This document shows positions 26,786 to 38,189 of a DNA stretch of 59,801 nt, piece by piece. Position 1 is the first letter of the stretch. Each line of letters begins with the position of its first letter. The position numbers and the translations under genes were made by a program. The notes under the pieces were generated by a model, which was not told where the DNA came from, ran no database searches, and saw nothing but the letters and a program-made list of their open reading frames with translations. The stretch is from Pelomyxa schiedti (Eukaryota > Protista > Evosea). The DNA lies in the NCBI GenBank assembly GCA_020536535.1, contig JAHLWZ010000762.1, positions 1-59,801 of the forward strand. Direction: 5' to 3'.

Positions 26786-29126
26786 TCAATGGAAGAAAAT
26801 GTTGCTGCAGAAGTCATGGATTTGGTTGAGTGAGAGTCCATATTCACGCATTGTGAAGAGTGCAATGTGTGGTGACATTACCACAAACTGCATAAAATGC
26901 TCCTGTATCATGGTGGCATCAATGCTTGGATATTTTCTCAGAAGTATCTTCCACGCTGCAAGGTTCATATCACTGGGGGCATACACCTTTGGCAGGAAGC
27001 CTTTGGCCATTTCAATAATCTGAATGACGCATGGGTTTGCTGTTGTTAAGAGGGGAAAGGAAAGATACATCAGCAAGAGGGATGTCAAAGGAGTCAAGGA
27101 GCCACTTTGCACACCTGCTTTTCCCCAGGTTCAGCAGGGTGAGGAGTAGTTTGTTGTTCTCAAGCTTGATGTGGTTGTACTGCAGATTGAACCTTGAAAT
27201 CACCCACTTGATAGCCTTGCTGGAGGATAAATAGTAACTACTTGATATCAGGCACTTGCCCACGAAGTCTGGGGTTAACAATGATGAGGAACCAAATGAT
27301 GACATGAACCTCTCCTTGAATTGGAAATTAGACAGGAAGGAGTCAAAGGCATCTGAAACAGACAGAGCATCTCCCTGTAGGTTAAAACCAGGAAACATAT
27401 CCAGTAACAAAAATGCAGAATTCAAGTGTGCACAGTGCAGTGCTCTTGTGAATGCAACATGAATAGATTTTTCACTGATCCTAAAAGGCTGTGAGAGGTG
27501 TTGAATGAGCCACTTCAAGCCTGAAACGTTGTTGGACCCACTGACTCCCTCTAAATACTTGAATATTCCAACCAACATCCTTCCAGCAGCCACAGGGTCA
27601 GAGTTGACAACATCCATCACGTGGAATCTTTCCTGCAACCATTCAGCAATCTCTGTGTTGTTCCAGACAAGTGCCTGTGTCATAGATTTGATGAGGTCAT
27701 CTTGTGTGAGTGTGACTCTTGTTGAAACCCACTTTGCAAGTGATGACCCTCGTTCCATTTGAATGGAGCATGCCGAGACAAACGTTGATGGGGTTGGTTT
27801 AAAGTCTGGCCTCTCGGTGACGAGCCACTCTGCAAGTGATACATCCCCAACGTTCTCAAAGACTATACCCCAGGTTGATTGCAGGATACTGTGAGTATCG
27901 GCTGGTAGCTTTGACAGGACCCACTTCACAACCTCAACAGTTCTGGCGTCACACAGAAGAGACTCACAAACTTCACCATCAACGCAGAATTCACAGTCGT
28001 CTGCAGTGCTATGGGTGTTCTTCACCAGGAGACCCATAATAAGGTACCTGTCAACGACTGTGGACACTTGGAGTTTTTCAACACACCATTTGAAATTGCA
28101 AGGAGCTTCACCCATTGCGCACCGTTCAGCAATCTCCACAAGTTCAGATTGGGGTAGACGCTTCACCAAGTCGAACTCATCCAAAAGCCAGTTGACTGCT
28201 TCCATCCTCCCATGATACAGTGAGAAACGCAGGGGTTGGCGCAAAGCCCAAGGTGCCTCATCCCACCCAATCCTGAGTGCAGACAGCAACCACTTCACAG
28301 CACCAACATCGACTCCCCCACATCCATTAACCATCGCCTTCAAGTCATTCACTGATGATTTGATGTGCTCTCTCACTCTTTCCCTGAACTGACCTCTTTT
28401 TGCCTCTTTCTCTGACGAGCTGAAACAGCCAGAATCGGCAGTCCCATCACCAGTTCCGACTTGCCAATAACATGCCCTGCACCACCTCTCAATACGGCGC
28501 CCATCCCACAGCAATGGCAACGTGCCCACAACAGCAGCAGCAGAAGAAGAAGAAGACTCAGAGGCAGCACTCGCACCGCAGTCACCATCGCCAAGCAAGG
28601 CACGAGCGTGTTTCACGTGGCCACCGCAGCACAACCCAACAAGCACTGCCGTCACCTCCTTCACCACAACTTCACAGTAATCCAAAGTAGCAGAGTCATT
28701 AGAATCCCCACGTCGCGGAACACCCAGAGGAATCCCGGGCGCCTCTCCTCCCGTAATAATAATCCCGCCGCCGGCGCGGCCGCCGCCACGTTCCGGGAGC
28801 CTGTGCCTGTTGGCCGCGATCCAGGCCACGCACGAGGGGCTTGGCACCGCCGCGGCGCTGCGCAGGGCCGCGTACGAGCCGCCGGCGGCGTCGGCGAGGG
28901 AGAGCACGCGGGAGCACACGAGGGGCACCAGGGGGAACACGGCCTCCGCCGCGGCCAGCAGCGACCCGTGGCAGCGCCAGCGCCCAGCCCCGTCGTCGTC
29001 GTACTTGGGGCGGCCCCCCACAGAGTCCAGCTCCTCGTCGAGGAGCCCGCGGGACACCGCGCAGTCCCACACGAGTCGCGACACCCTCACTGCCGCCTCC
29101 ATCCCTCGAGCACGAGCCTTGTTCAT
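26786..29126 (-). CDS. Degenerate ankyrin-like repeat protein (expanded family), copy B
   Basis: 721-aa ORF plus a terminal exon (intron ~27020-27068). Motifs SRLVWD, AEAVFPLV, KEVTAVLVGLCCGGH. The last intron is at an equivalent position to that of copy A. Confidence 0.85.
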
Positions 29127-29351
29127 TTCGATGAAAAAAGTGTAAAATTTTACACCAACCAAGCAATGCTGAATCACACAACAGGAATCTCAGAGCTGAC
29201 ACTCATTCCATGCAGGCATCATGAAGAGCCTCCTCATTTCAAAATTGAAAATTGTTTCCTTGGGTGGGAAGCTACACAAAAAGAGAATAAGGAGGTTTCA
29301 ATTTCATGTATTTATTTCAGTTTGCCACACTGAATGAGTAAATAATTCACC

Positions 29352-32287
29352 TTAGAACAGAGCGAAACGGGCACCAACACTCTTTGATAGCCAAGGGGAC
29401 TGTTCACCATTGGACTGTGACTGCACCATCAAAATGGTGTCATCAACAATGTCCCCAAATGGTGTCCCTGGTTGTGCCCTCTCTGCAACTTTTTGTGTCG
29501 TTACGTTTTTGTTTTTTTTTTTTTTGCTGGGTGAAGCGTGGAACATGGATACCTTCAAGGAAACAGCCAGTAAAGAATCCATTGTTCTTGTGGTTTGACA
29601 ACTTGCATGCATCCAGTGTTGTCTTTCCTGTAATGGACAAAATTAGTTACAGTAGGAAAAATTAGGGAACAAAATTTCGAAAAAACCTGGGCTTGTTGGG
29701 TAAATTACAATGCATCCTTCTGGAAAATCCTCTTTAGTCATTGACGACGACTGTGTGGAGCCAAATCCACGTGTCTGAGGTTATGAAAAGTGTTAAATCA
29801 GAGCCCAGAGGGGATGCGTTGTAGCAAGAATTGTTTGTTGTGCAAAACAAAAAGAAATATAAATTAGCACCCGGAACTCATCCCGGTCGTCCTTATCCGA
29901 CTGCCGGCAGGCGTCAAGGATCCCAATGGTGAGGTCAGAGTGTCCCTTGATTTCATCTAACACACTACCAAGCATCGGGGCTGTGTACTTCATGACGCCA
30001 AAGTTGGTTTCAGTGAAAGCCACCTCATCTGATGTCATGAGCAGGAAGTTGTGCCCTTTGATTTGCCTGCCATGCCCTGCAAAGTAAAAAATGCTCGCGA
30101 CCTGCATTTTGTTGTTGAGTTGTCGCTTTGTGAAATGTAAATGCCTGGGACCTTGTTTCTTCCCTTCCGTTGCCCTTTCAAGGTTGATTTGAACTTTTCC
30201 AGTTTGCTAGCAAAATCCAGGATGTTTGAGATATTAACGTGACACACAACTTCAAACTTGCATGTGGTCCTCAAGAACTGGTAAAAAAATTAAAGTGGTG
30301 TGAGCAAAAATTTGAGTAATCTGGGGGGATAGGTAACCAGAGAAACACTTTCTGCGTCATTGATGGCATTCTTGAGGGGAAGCTGACCATATGCTTCATT
30401 TCCAATAACAAACGCAAAGCATTTGTAATTCAGCTCGGGACTAGAAAGAGTTGGGCATCCTGTAAAATGAAAATAGCACATTATGATAGAAGTTTGCAAC
30501 AGCAATTAAATGCAGGTACTGGCTTTTCTTTCCAATGTCTCAAGTTGTGCCTGCAAGTCTTTGATCAACACAGACCGACTACGTTTTGTTTTCAGTATGT
30601 GAACTCAGTGCTTGATAAAAGAGAGAAGGGGTGTTTGATGCACAAAACTGTGATGAAAGAGAGCATCGTGGTCGCTGCTGCTGTTGGCTGGCAAGATGAG
30701 ATCTAACCTCTTCTACAATGAATTCTGCATCACCAACAACAATCCCAAGGTTACAGAGTTGCTGCACTGTGTAATTGGCAAGTGTCCTCCCACGTATTTT
30801 ATTTGATCGGATAACATTGAGGCAACCATCATCCACACCAACAACTCCAAGCCACAGGCACAATTGATCCACGTTGGCTGCTAAAAGAGAAAATGCTGGT
30901 GGTTGTGATGAATCATGTGGCACGTTCCCTGGGAAAGCTTCTGCTTCTGTATTTGTTGAAGGGTGTGGCACAATGTTCTCTGATTTTGATGTCAAATCCA
31001 CCAGGGTTTTTGGGGATGGCGGTAATGAAGGTGAGTCTGGTGCAGCTTGAACTGATGCTGAAAGGGGGTTGGTAGGTATGGTTTCTGGTTGTATCCCTGT
31101 GGGAATTTGAGTTGAACTTACAAGGGGCTGGTTAAGTGCTGGTGGTTCTGGGGGTAAATTTGGTGGCTTGGGAGTTCCAATGGAAGCAGTAGTTCCAAGG
31201 GAGGTGGCATTCAAAGAAGCAGGGCTTTGGGATATTGAATCCTTGTCATCTTGGAGACCCAGAGCAAGGGACACATAAAAGGCTTCAATTATATCAAGGA
31301 ACGTGTCCCGGACCTCTTCATACCGCTCACACCTGTCGCCTACCGGAATTTCCTCCTTGTCAAGTGCAGGGATCCATGCCAATCCCAATTCCTCAAAGTT
31401 CACTGAGTCACGCGGAACTGGGGCTCCGTTGGAGCCAAGCACCGTACCGATATCCGGCAGGTAGGTGGACATATGGCCTCTGACCCTGCTGCGTCGTGTG
31501 GGTGTGAGACCACAGTGCCCCGCTCCCCAGGGAGTGCTCGGCAGAGAGTGTGAGCAAAGAACGCAAAGAACCAGGCAGGGACCCCCCATTGCGGCGCGGA
31601 GCCCCAGGGCATGGTGATGTGCCCGGAACGAAAGTTAGGCACTCCCGCGGGGTCTGGCATCATCGCGGCCAGCCGGCGTAGGACGTAGTGCATCCATTCC
31701 GCGTACGAATGGTCGCTCGCGATGTCCGCCACGCGCGTAAACTCGGCCGTCACGCACTCGGGGTCTATCGTGAAGCAGTCCTCGTTGTGGATTTCCAAAC
31801 CCACAAAAACGACCATGAGGGGCACGCCCACCGAGGAGGGGAGTGGGTGCTTTAACGAGATTGCCGACCTGGCGCAGTCGTAAGTGGCCTGGTCGCCCTT
31901 GGCAACTACCGCGATGGCAAAGTCGAACACCCCGCCTCCTGGTGGAGGTAATACGCCAGAGGCACAGCCGTAAGACGACGAGGAGGAAGAGGAAGAGGAA
32001 GAGGAAGAGGAAGAGGAAGAGGAAGAGGAAGAGGAAGAGGAAGAGGAAGAGGAAGAGGACGGAGGGCGAACGAGGTGCCTGTGGATCAAGGGTACGCCGC
32101 AGGACCGGAGCAGGAGCTCGGCCACCAGGGCGTATGGCGCCACACGTGGGGCGAAGCATAGACAGCAACGGTCGGTTGCAGACACCTTCGGGCGCTGTGG
32201 CTGCGGCGCGGCCTGCCGCGAGGCTCCCCGCGTGCTTGTTTCGTTACCCGTTTTTGTTTCCCTTTGAATGTTGGGAGATTCAGGCAC
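29352..32287 (-). CDS. (Degenerate GTPase-like?) - unknown domain - SAM - caspase-like (paracaspase-type) protease, copy B; complete C-terminus
   Basis: SAM at ~30695-30885. Protease motifs FAFVIGNEAY..LKNAINDA, FYFAGHG (His 30072-30074), ILDACR (Cys 29907-29909), NGFFTGCFLE, GEQSPWLSKS, then stop at 29352. One frameshift at ~31500. Start codon unresolved. Confidence 0.88.
31981..32058. repeat. (GAGGAA)n microsatellite, polySer on the minus strand
   Basis: About 12-13 hexamer units. Confidence 0.95.
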
Positions 32288-32448
32288 CTAGAACTGATTC
32301 CAGTGCCTTCTCCAGCGGTCACTAAGAAAACACCCCTTGGCAGCACCGTGGCTTGCTTATTTTTATTGTTTCTGTTTCACCGGCCGTCAGCACCCACAAT
32401 GAAAAACGATGGCTTGTAGATAAACAGTCTTGTGAATCACGTTATGCG

Positions 32449-32841
32449 ATGATGCAGTACAACGACAACTCTCACTACCCACTTACACTCCAACGGGTAT
32501 TGGACGCACGATCACAATTCATTGCATTGGCATGCGGGGCCACCCCCGCAGTCGCGGCCGCGACGCCGCCCGCACGGCTGCTCTCTGCCGCGCTCAGCGT
32601 GCTGGTCAACATCGAGGAGATCGGGCAAAAGTGGGTCGTCGCGTGCGGCCGCCACGTCGGGTTCCACGTCCAGGGCCGGGAGTTCTTCCCGCGGGGGAAC
32701 CCATGTGCCGTTGTCTTTGTTCGTGTGTCTCACACGCTGGGTGTTGTGTGGCACCGGGTGCATTGGTTTGGGGGATCCGACGTGCTTTTTCAGTCTCTCA
32801 CCATTATTATTATAATAGATGGTGCCTTGCCGGCTTTGTAG
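32449..32841 (+). pseudogene. 5' fragment of a lineage-specific family gene (related to 4402-5615)
   Basis: DARSQFIALA...PAR...VSHTLGVV motifs; ends abruptly, overlapping a convergent ORF. Confidence 0.55.
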
Positions 32842-33533
32842 CTGAGAGCCACCAATTTACATCCCCTCTCCCCTTTTATCTTCACCACACTCAACAGAAG
32901 CTTGTGGCTGCTGACACACTGGTCTAGAAGCCATCCATTGTGGTAGATCGTGCTGTTGTTTGTGGTGATGGTGCCACCATCCACCCAATTGAAGCCTTCT
33001 TCAATTGTGACTTGATTCCCATGTACCTTGAAATCATTACCTATTAATGGCAGGAATTCCGGAAAACTCACATGAATTTTGCGGGTGGAGCGGGTTCCTG
33101 TGGCACCTCTCATGTACGTTCCACCCAGGTCACTGGTGGTTTGGGTTCGGACCCAGAGAGACACCTCATTGAGATCGTGAGTGTTTCCTTGCACCATAGC
33201 AGCAATAGTAGACTTCCAAAGAAGCTCTTTATGTGTGCTCAGAGTGGTGTCCAATGGCCACCCACGAAATGATATGAGTCCTTGACGGATCGTAATTTTA
33301 GGGTCGCACTCTGTCAAGAGAGAGAAGTGCGGCCTCGTCAAATCTAGTGCAGGTGGTTCCTGGGATTCGCAGGAACCGCTGGTTATCTCCCGGATCCAGT
33401 ATGCAGCGTGAACACAATGCCTCACATGTTCAATTATTGAGTCATCACAACATGTTTTAGGCGTAGCAAAAGTCGCCAGGGTTTTTAATGCCGCCATGAT
33501 GGAAGAATCTTTTTTTCGCTGAAACATCAACAT
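32790..33533 (-). CDS. Hypothetical protein (247-aa open frame)
   Basis: Long ATG-started ORF with no recognised motif. Confidence 0.35.
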   Translation of the reverse strand: MLMFQRKKDSSIMAALKTLATFATPKTCCDDSIIEHVRHCVHAAYWIREITSGSCESQEPPALDLTRPHFSLLTECDPKITIRQGLISFRGWPLDTTLSTHKELLWKSTIAAMVQGNTHDLNEVSLWVRTQTTSDLGGTYMRGATGTRSTRKIHVSFPEFLPLIGNDFKVHGNQVTIEEGFNWVDGGTITTNNSTIYHNGWLLDQCVSSHKLLLSVVKIKGERGCKLVALSYKAGKAPSIIIIMVRD

Positions 33534-33915
33534 TCTTGTTAGTGGTGGGGCAGTTGGAGCCAGGCCCCGGTGTGTCGGTTACCATGCAGTCACCTGTGTT
33601 GGTGTGCCACTATGTTGGGTGAATGCTGAGTACCATTATTGATGGCGGGTTTTGGTGAGAGTGCTCTACCACCTTTCTCCAACTTGGTGTTCTATGTAGC
33701 CGCTACATAGAACAGAAGGGATTTGACAAATATTTCAAATAGGCAATCCCGGTTGAATAAAATGAAAAATATTTTTTACTTTGGCCCTTTTCTGGAGGGG
33801 ATGCTGCACGCGTGGATGTTGATTTCCATCCTCGACGAAGTCCCCGTACGTGTACATTCATGAATTCAAATCATTATTGAAGGCAAAGAGAGGGACGAGT
33901 CATCGTAGCCACATC

Positions 33916-34996
33916 ATGTGGAAGCTTGTCCGACTTTTGGTGAGAATGGCGGCAAACAAACCAATGTTGGGTTGTCTTCTTACCAAAAAGATGAACAGAT
34001 TGCGTTGGTTGGAGTCTCCAGTCTTTTTGCAGGTGCCGTTGTGTGCCCCGGTGACTACTTTATCCACAACGTGACAGCACTTGAGGCGTTGAGCAACTGC
34101 ACCGCAATAACAGGTGACTTGGGTCTCTACTGTCCAACGTGCACTGAGGAGGTAATTCGCTCCCCAATGTAACCTTTGTTGGTTTGCTGGCTTGGTGTTG
34201 TTGTTGTTTTTCATAAAGGGTATTGTTTACTACTCGCTTGTACCAGGATTTTCTAAAGAACCTTGATAGCCTCGTCTTTGTTCAACTTGTAGAGATACAC
34301 GAGGTTGGTGCCGCAATTTTGACGTTCAGCAATCTGGAAATTGCGAATTATGGCATTACTGTTGATGCTACCGCAGTGGAGGTGCACTTTCCCAAGCTGG
34401 TCTATACTGGGAACATAATGATGATGGGGAGAAGGTGTTACCTTTTTTTTATTTTAAAAACCTCAAACTAATCAATAAACACATTGCACTGACTTATCTA
34501 GCTCTTTGACCACCTTTGATGCTCCCATGCTTGAAATTGTTAGTGACTACATCGATATTCAAGCGGAAGTCTCGAGTCTCTCTCAATTTAACGTACCTCA
34601 TCTGAAGGTCATTGGGGCCCAAAGCCCCAACAGCGGTTTTGTTAGCAACACCCGAGCACTGGCTGTTCTCGACCTGCCTGAGCTGCAACTGATACGTTGG
34701 GCTTTTGGAGTGCAGGGCAATGTACAGGTGATCAATATGCCAAAGCTTGAATTGGTTTCCTTTGGTGCGAAGTTTGAAAGGTGTGCAGTTCCAAGTTTCC
34801 ATCTTGTCTTTTGACTTCCCCCAACAGAAACCCCTACTTGATGAACATTTCCTCACTCTGTAACCCCCACCTGCTGGTGCTAGAGTCGTTTACTTCCCAC
34901 GATAGCCCAAAACTGTGCTGTTCACAACTCAAAACACTCGCTGATACTGCCTACATTGAAAAGGGACTGAAGTACGACGGTTGCGCCCCTTGTTGA
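33916..34996 (+). CDS. Secreted receptor-L-domain (Ecm33/SPS2/EGFR-L-like) protein
   Basis: Spliced signal peptide MWKLVRLL|IALVGVSSLFAGA (intron ~33941-33998). LEALSNCTAITGDL, repeated F/LP.L..I units, terminal NP.L and SPKLCC. About 5 exons. Confidence 0.8.
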
Positions 34997-35358
34997 CCCA
35001 TCTAATATTAGTAAACCAGAGTCCTTCCACAGGGAGGGGTGTTTACCTTCATAGACACCTTTCTTTTTTTCTTTTGAAAAACATTAGTTATAAGTGGCTG
35101 AAGATACGGAAAACCCAGTAGGGCCTTGATGAAGTCCCAACAATACTTGCGTATCTGCAAGTGAATTTACCGACTTGGTTTAAAGGCGCTATTTCTTTTT
35201 AACCACGTTGGTTGTGGTCACTCCGTTACCGTGCAGTGCGATGGCATTGTCTCAATAACTTACAAGATGAATAATTGGCATGGTTTTTTTGTCTACGTAC
35301 TTTTTAGGCCAGAGATGGCAGCTGACAACAGTTTGGTTTGTCTGGTCATGTGTGGTGC

Positions 35359-37060
35359 TTAATAGACACAGGATAGCAAAAGCTTTCTGATGGATTGGGC
35401 CAAGGTGTCGGCAATTTCCTGGAGGTGAGTGAACACCATGATGGCAAACTGCAAGGAGCCGGCCAGTGTACCACACCACATGATCGGGTCACGTGGTGTG
35501 TACTCCTTCCCACCATGCACAGCAAACCCAGACACCCGGAACAGAGCACTTGGCTTGGCCCCGGCCTCGTCTATGCCAAAGTTTGCACCAAAGTCCCCAA
35601 TGCTGGAAATCTGAGATAGAAAGACAGGTTAGAGTGAACAGGTTGCGTTGAGTGTTACCATTATGTTCAGCGACTTGGGATGAAGGTCAACCATTGGCGT
35701 GTAGTCAGGGCTTAAAAATAAGTCACTTGTGTGCTTGTGGAGCGGTCCGCCCGGCACTGACTGGGCCATGTGGGCGAGTTTCATGGCAGTGTGCCACTGC
35801 CGTGAGAGTTCCCATAAGCACGCGGTTTGGGCCTCCGGGGTGGATGATGTTGGCGTGGCGGGCTGGAAGGGTGGAACTATGATGTGTGATACGGTAAACG
35901 AAAGCCCCATGTCATCAGGTGCATGTAGGTTGACTGGGGTGCAGGCACTCACTGCAGGTGGGCATCCCAGTGCGAGGGTTTCTGCTGCCATAAAAAGGCA
36001 TGTGACCGTTGTGGAATTCAGCTTGCAAGCCTATAAAGAAGAATTATAAACGAGCCGATGTGGAAGATACTACTTCATACATTCACAATTGCTGTCGTTT
36101 CGGCAACAGAGAATTTGAAGGATGATTTAACGTTTTTGACAAGCGTGCGATTGCGGTCTATAATGGGCATATATGTTGCGGCAAAAGCATCCCAATTTTC
36201 AGGCTCCAGGAATGTGGAACCTCAAATGGGAATCAGTATCTCAATATAATATCCCTGTGGAGCACACCCACATGTCTGCACTCATGAGGTTGAGGAATGG
36301 GGAGTGGTGCAAGAATTTCTCCATTCAGTGCCTGTAAAATGTCTCTGCACAAATGGGCAAGTGAAACACCATCCTGAATTGATATCGTGTGAACATAAAA
36401 GGGATTCAGAAAAAGAATGAAAGCGTACAGCGATGCTGTGAGATATAAGAAGATTCAAGAAAATAGCCTTGGAATCCCTGCAGGTACTTGCCACACATTT
36501 CCAAGTTCGCTGAGACACCCAATCCTCGCTTGAGTTATCGTTAGTTGGGAACTACGGCTGCACAAGGTCCTACTCTGCATGTGCCTTCAATATTTGTTGG
36601 GCTTCTGAGGAAGACTCCAAATCACGGAAAGACAGAGGGAGTTCGTCGTCTGCGATCGAAGGTGGAATCTTCAGGTATCTTGGCCAGTGTAAATACGTCA
36701 CATATATATTTTTATAGCAATAGAAAGACCTGTCACTGGGTGGCCCAAACAGAGCCCTCAAAAACGGATGTCGAGCACACACGGCGGCAAAAGCCGCAAT
36801 TACACGCCGTCTAACTTCGGCACTCGGCAAGGCCACATCGGCCTTGCACTCAACTTCCATAAGGCAAGACACTGTCCACACACCAAGGCGGTGTGGTATA
36901 AACTGCAGGGAGGAAAAGGAAGAAGAATCACCATTCGCAAAAATAACCCTTCATACTACTGTGCACAGGGTGTATTGTTGGCTGCCCCCAAAGTAAGACA
37001 CGTACCTCTGGTATTGACATTCGGTACTCGACAACCTCCGGACCCTGCATTTTTCGAGAC
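35359..37060 (-). CDS. CoA-dependent acyltransferase (PapA5 / alcohol acetyltransferase / condensation-like)
   Basis: AVCARHPFLRA, LLISHSIA (HxxxD motif cut by an intron), TPVNL, ISSIGDF; stop at 35359-35361; multi-exon. Confidence 0.7.
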
Positions 37061-37213
37061 GAAAGGCGTTCCTGGAAGGTGAATTTTTCCGGGAGCAGAA
37101 CTTCATCCAAATACGGAAACGTCAACGAAAAGTTTTTTTCCATCATACGGATCAAAAAAACGGGTTTTATTAATAAAGCAAAAGTGCACCTGGTTCTGTG
37201 GGTCACTATTTGT

Positions 37214-37936
37214 TTAATGGGTTTGTTGGTGAGGACTGGAATGTGTTCGAGGGTGCGTGTTGGCAAAATCATTGTGGAACTTGTGATAGTCAAGAACCTC
37301 CATGTGAATGACGGTTTGAACTGCTGAGGATGTGTCAATGCTGATAACCTTGTAAACGTTGTTCACCTTTGTGCAGAGCCAACCCGGTCCTGATGTGTAT
37401 TGCCAAAGGGTGTCCCGAAGGTTTGGAACGTGGTCAACAATCAACCCGGTGCAGAGCTTCACGTAGTTTGTCCCCTTTGTCCGTATCGGGAAGAACGAAA
37501 CTGTATGTCAACCGTCTCAAACACGGTGTCGCCAGTGTGAGTCTTTGCCGAGGGAATGGAAGGGGCAATTGCTTGCCATGCGGAACTCTTTGCAGTGCAA
37601 CCCCTTTATACAATGAGTTGAAACAGTCAAAAAAGCAAAAGGAAAGTTACCCCCAAGAAGGCGTCATGAAAGGTCCAAAGTGGATCCATTTGTCAGGTAA
37701 TGATAATCTTCCACGTGGCGGCCATCCTCCAGCTGGACTCCGCCTTGTATGAGCCGGACCACAAATTCGTCATCCAGCATTGAGGAATTGAAGGAGACTG
37801 TCTGCCGAAAGGCTGGGCGACACATAGCTCGGCACTTAGCAATAACCTTTGCAACAGTGTATGATGAGAATGCGACAACGTGTATATCAGTTTTCCCTTC
37901 TTCCGTGCAATCCTTTACCGTCACTTTCATCACCAT
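37214..37936 (-). pseudogene. Ubiquitin-like domain fused to an unknown C-terminal extension (in-frame TGA and frameshift)
   Basis: RLIQGGVQLEDGRHVEDYHYLTNGSTLDLS*RLLG(G) versus ubiquitin [35 protein letters not shown]. TGA at 37664-37666. Intron at the diglycine. Confidence 0.7.
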
Positions 37937-38189
37937 CCTCTTGCCTTTGTGTCTGGTGTTGTATCGTACTATATTAATTAAGTAAGGATTATAAAAAACA
38001 TCACCCGTAGATCTCAGGAATTAGACTTGGCAGGGGAGTAATGTCTAAAGGTGAATGAAGTGACAGATGTCAAAATTTGGAACACCTACCTTTTTACTTA
38101 AAAAGTCATCCCAAAACGGGTGCAAATCACCCGGCGAAATGTGTCAGAAATTGCGAACCTCGTCAGAGACTTTAAAGCATAAAATCATA

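Noticed and set aside
31981-32058. CRISPR-like or telomeric repeat
   Set aside because: A simple hexamer microsatellite within coding sequence, with no spacers.
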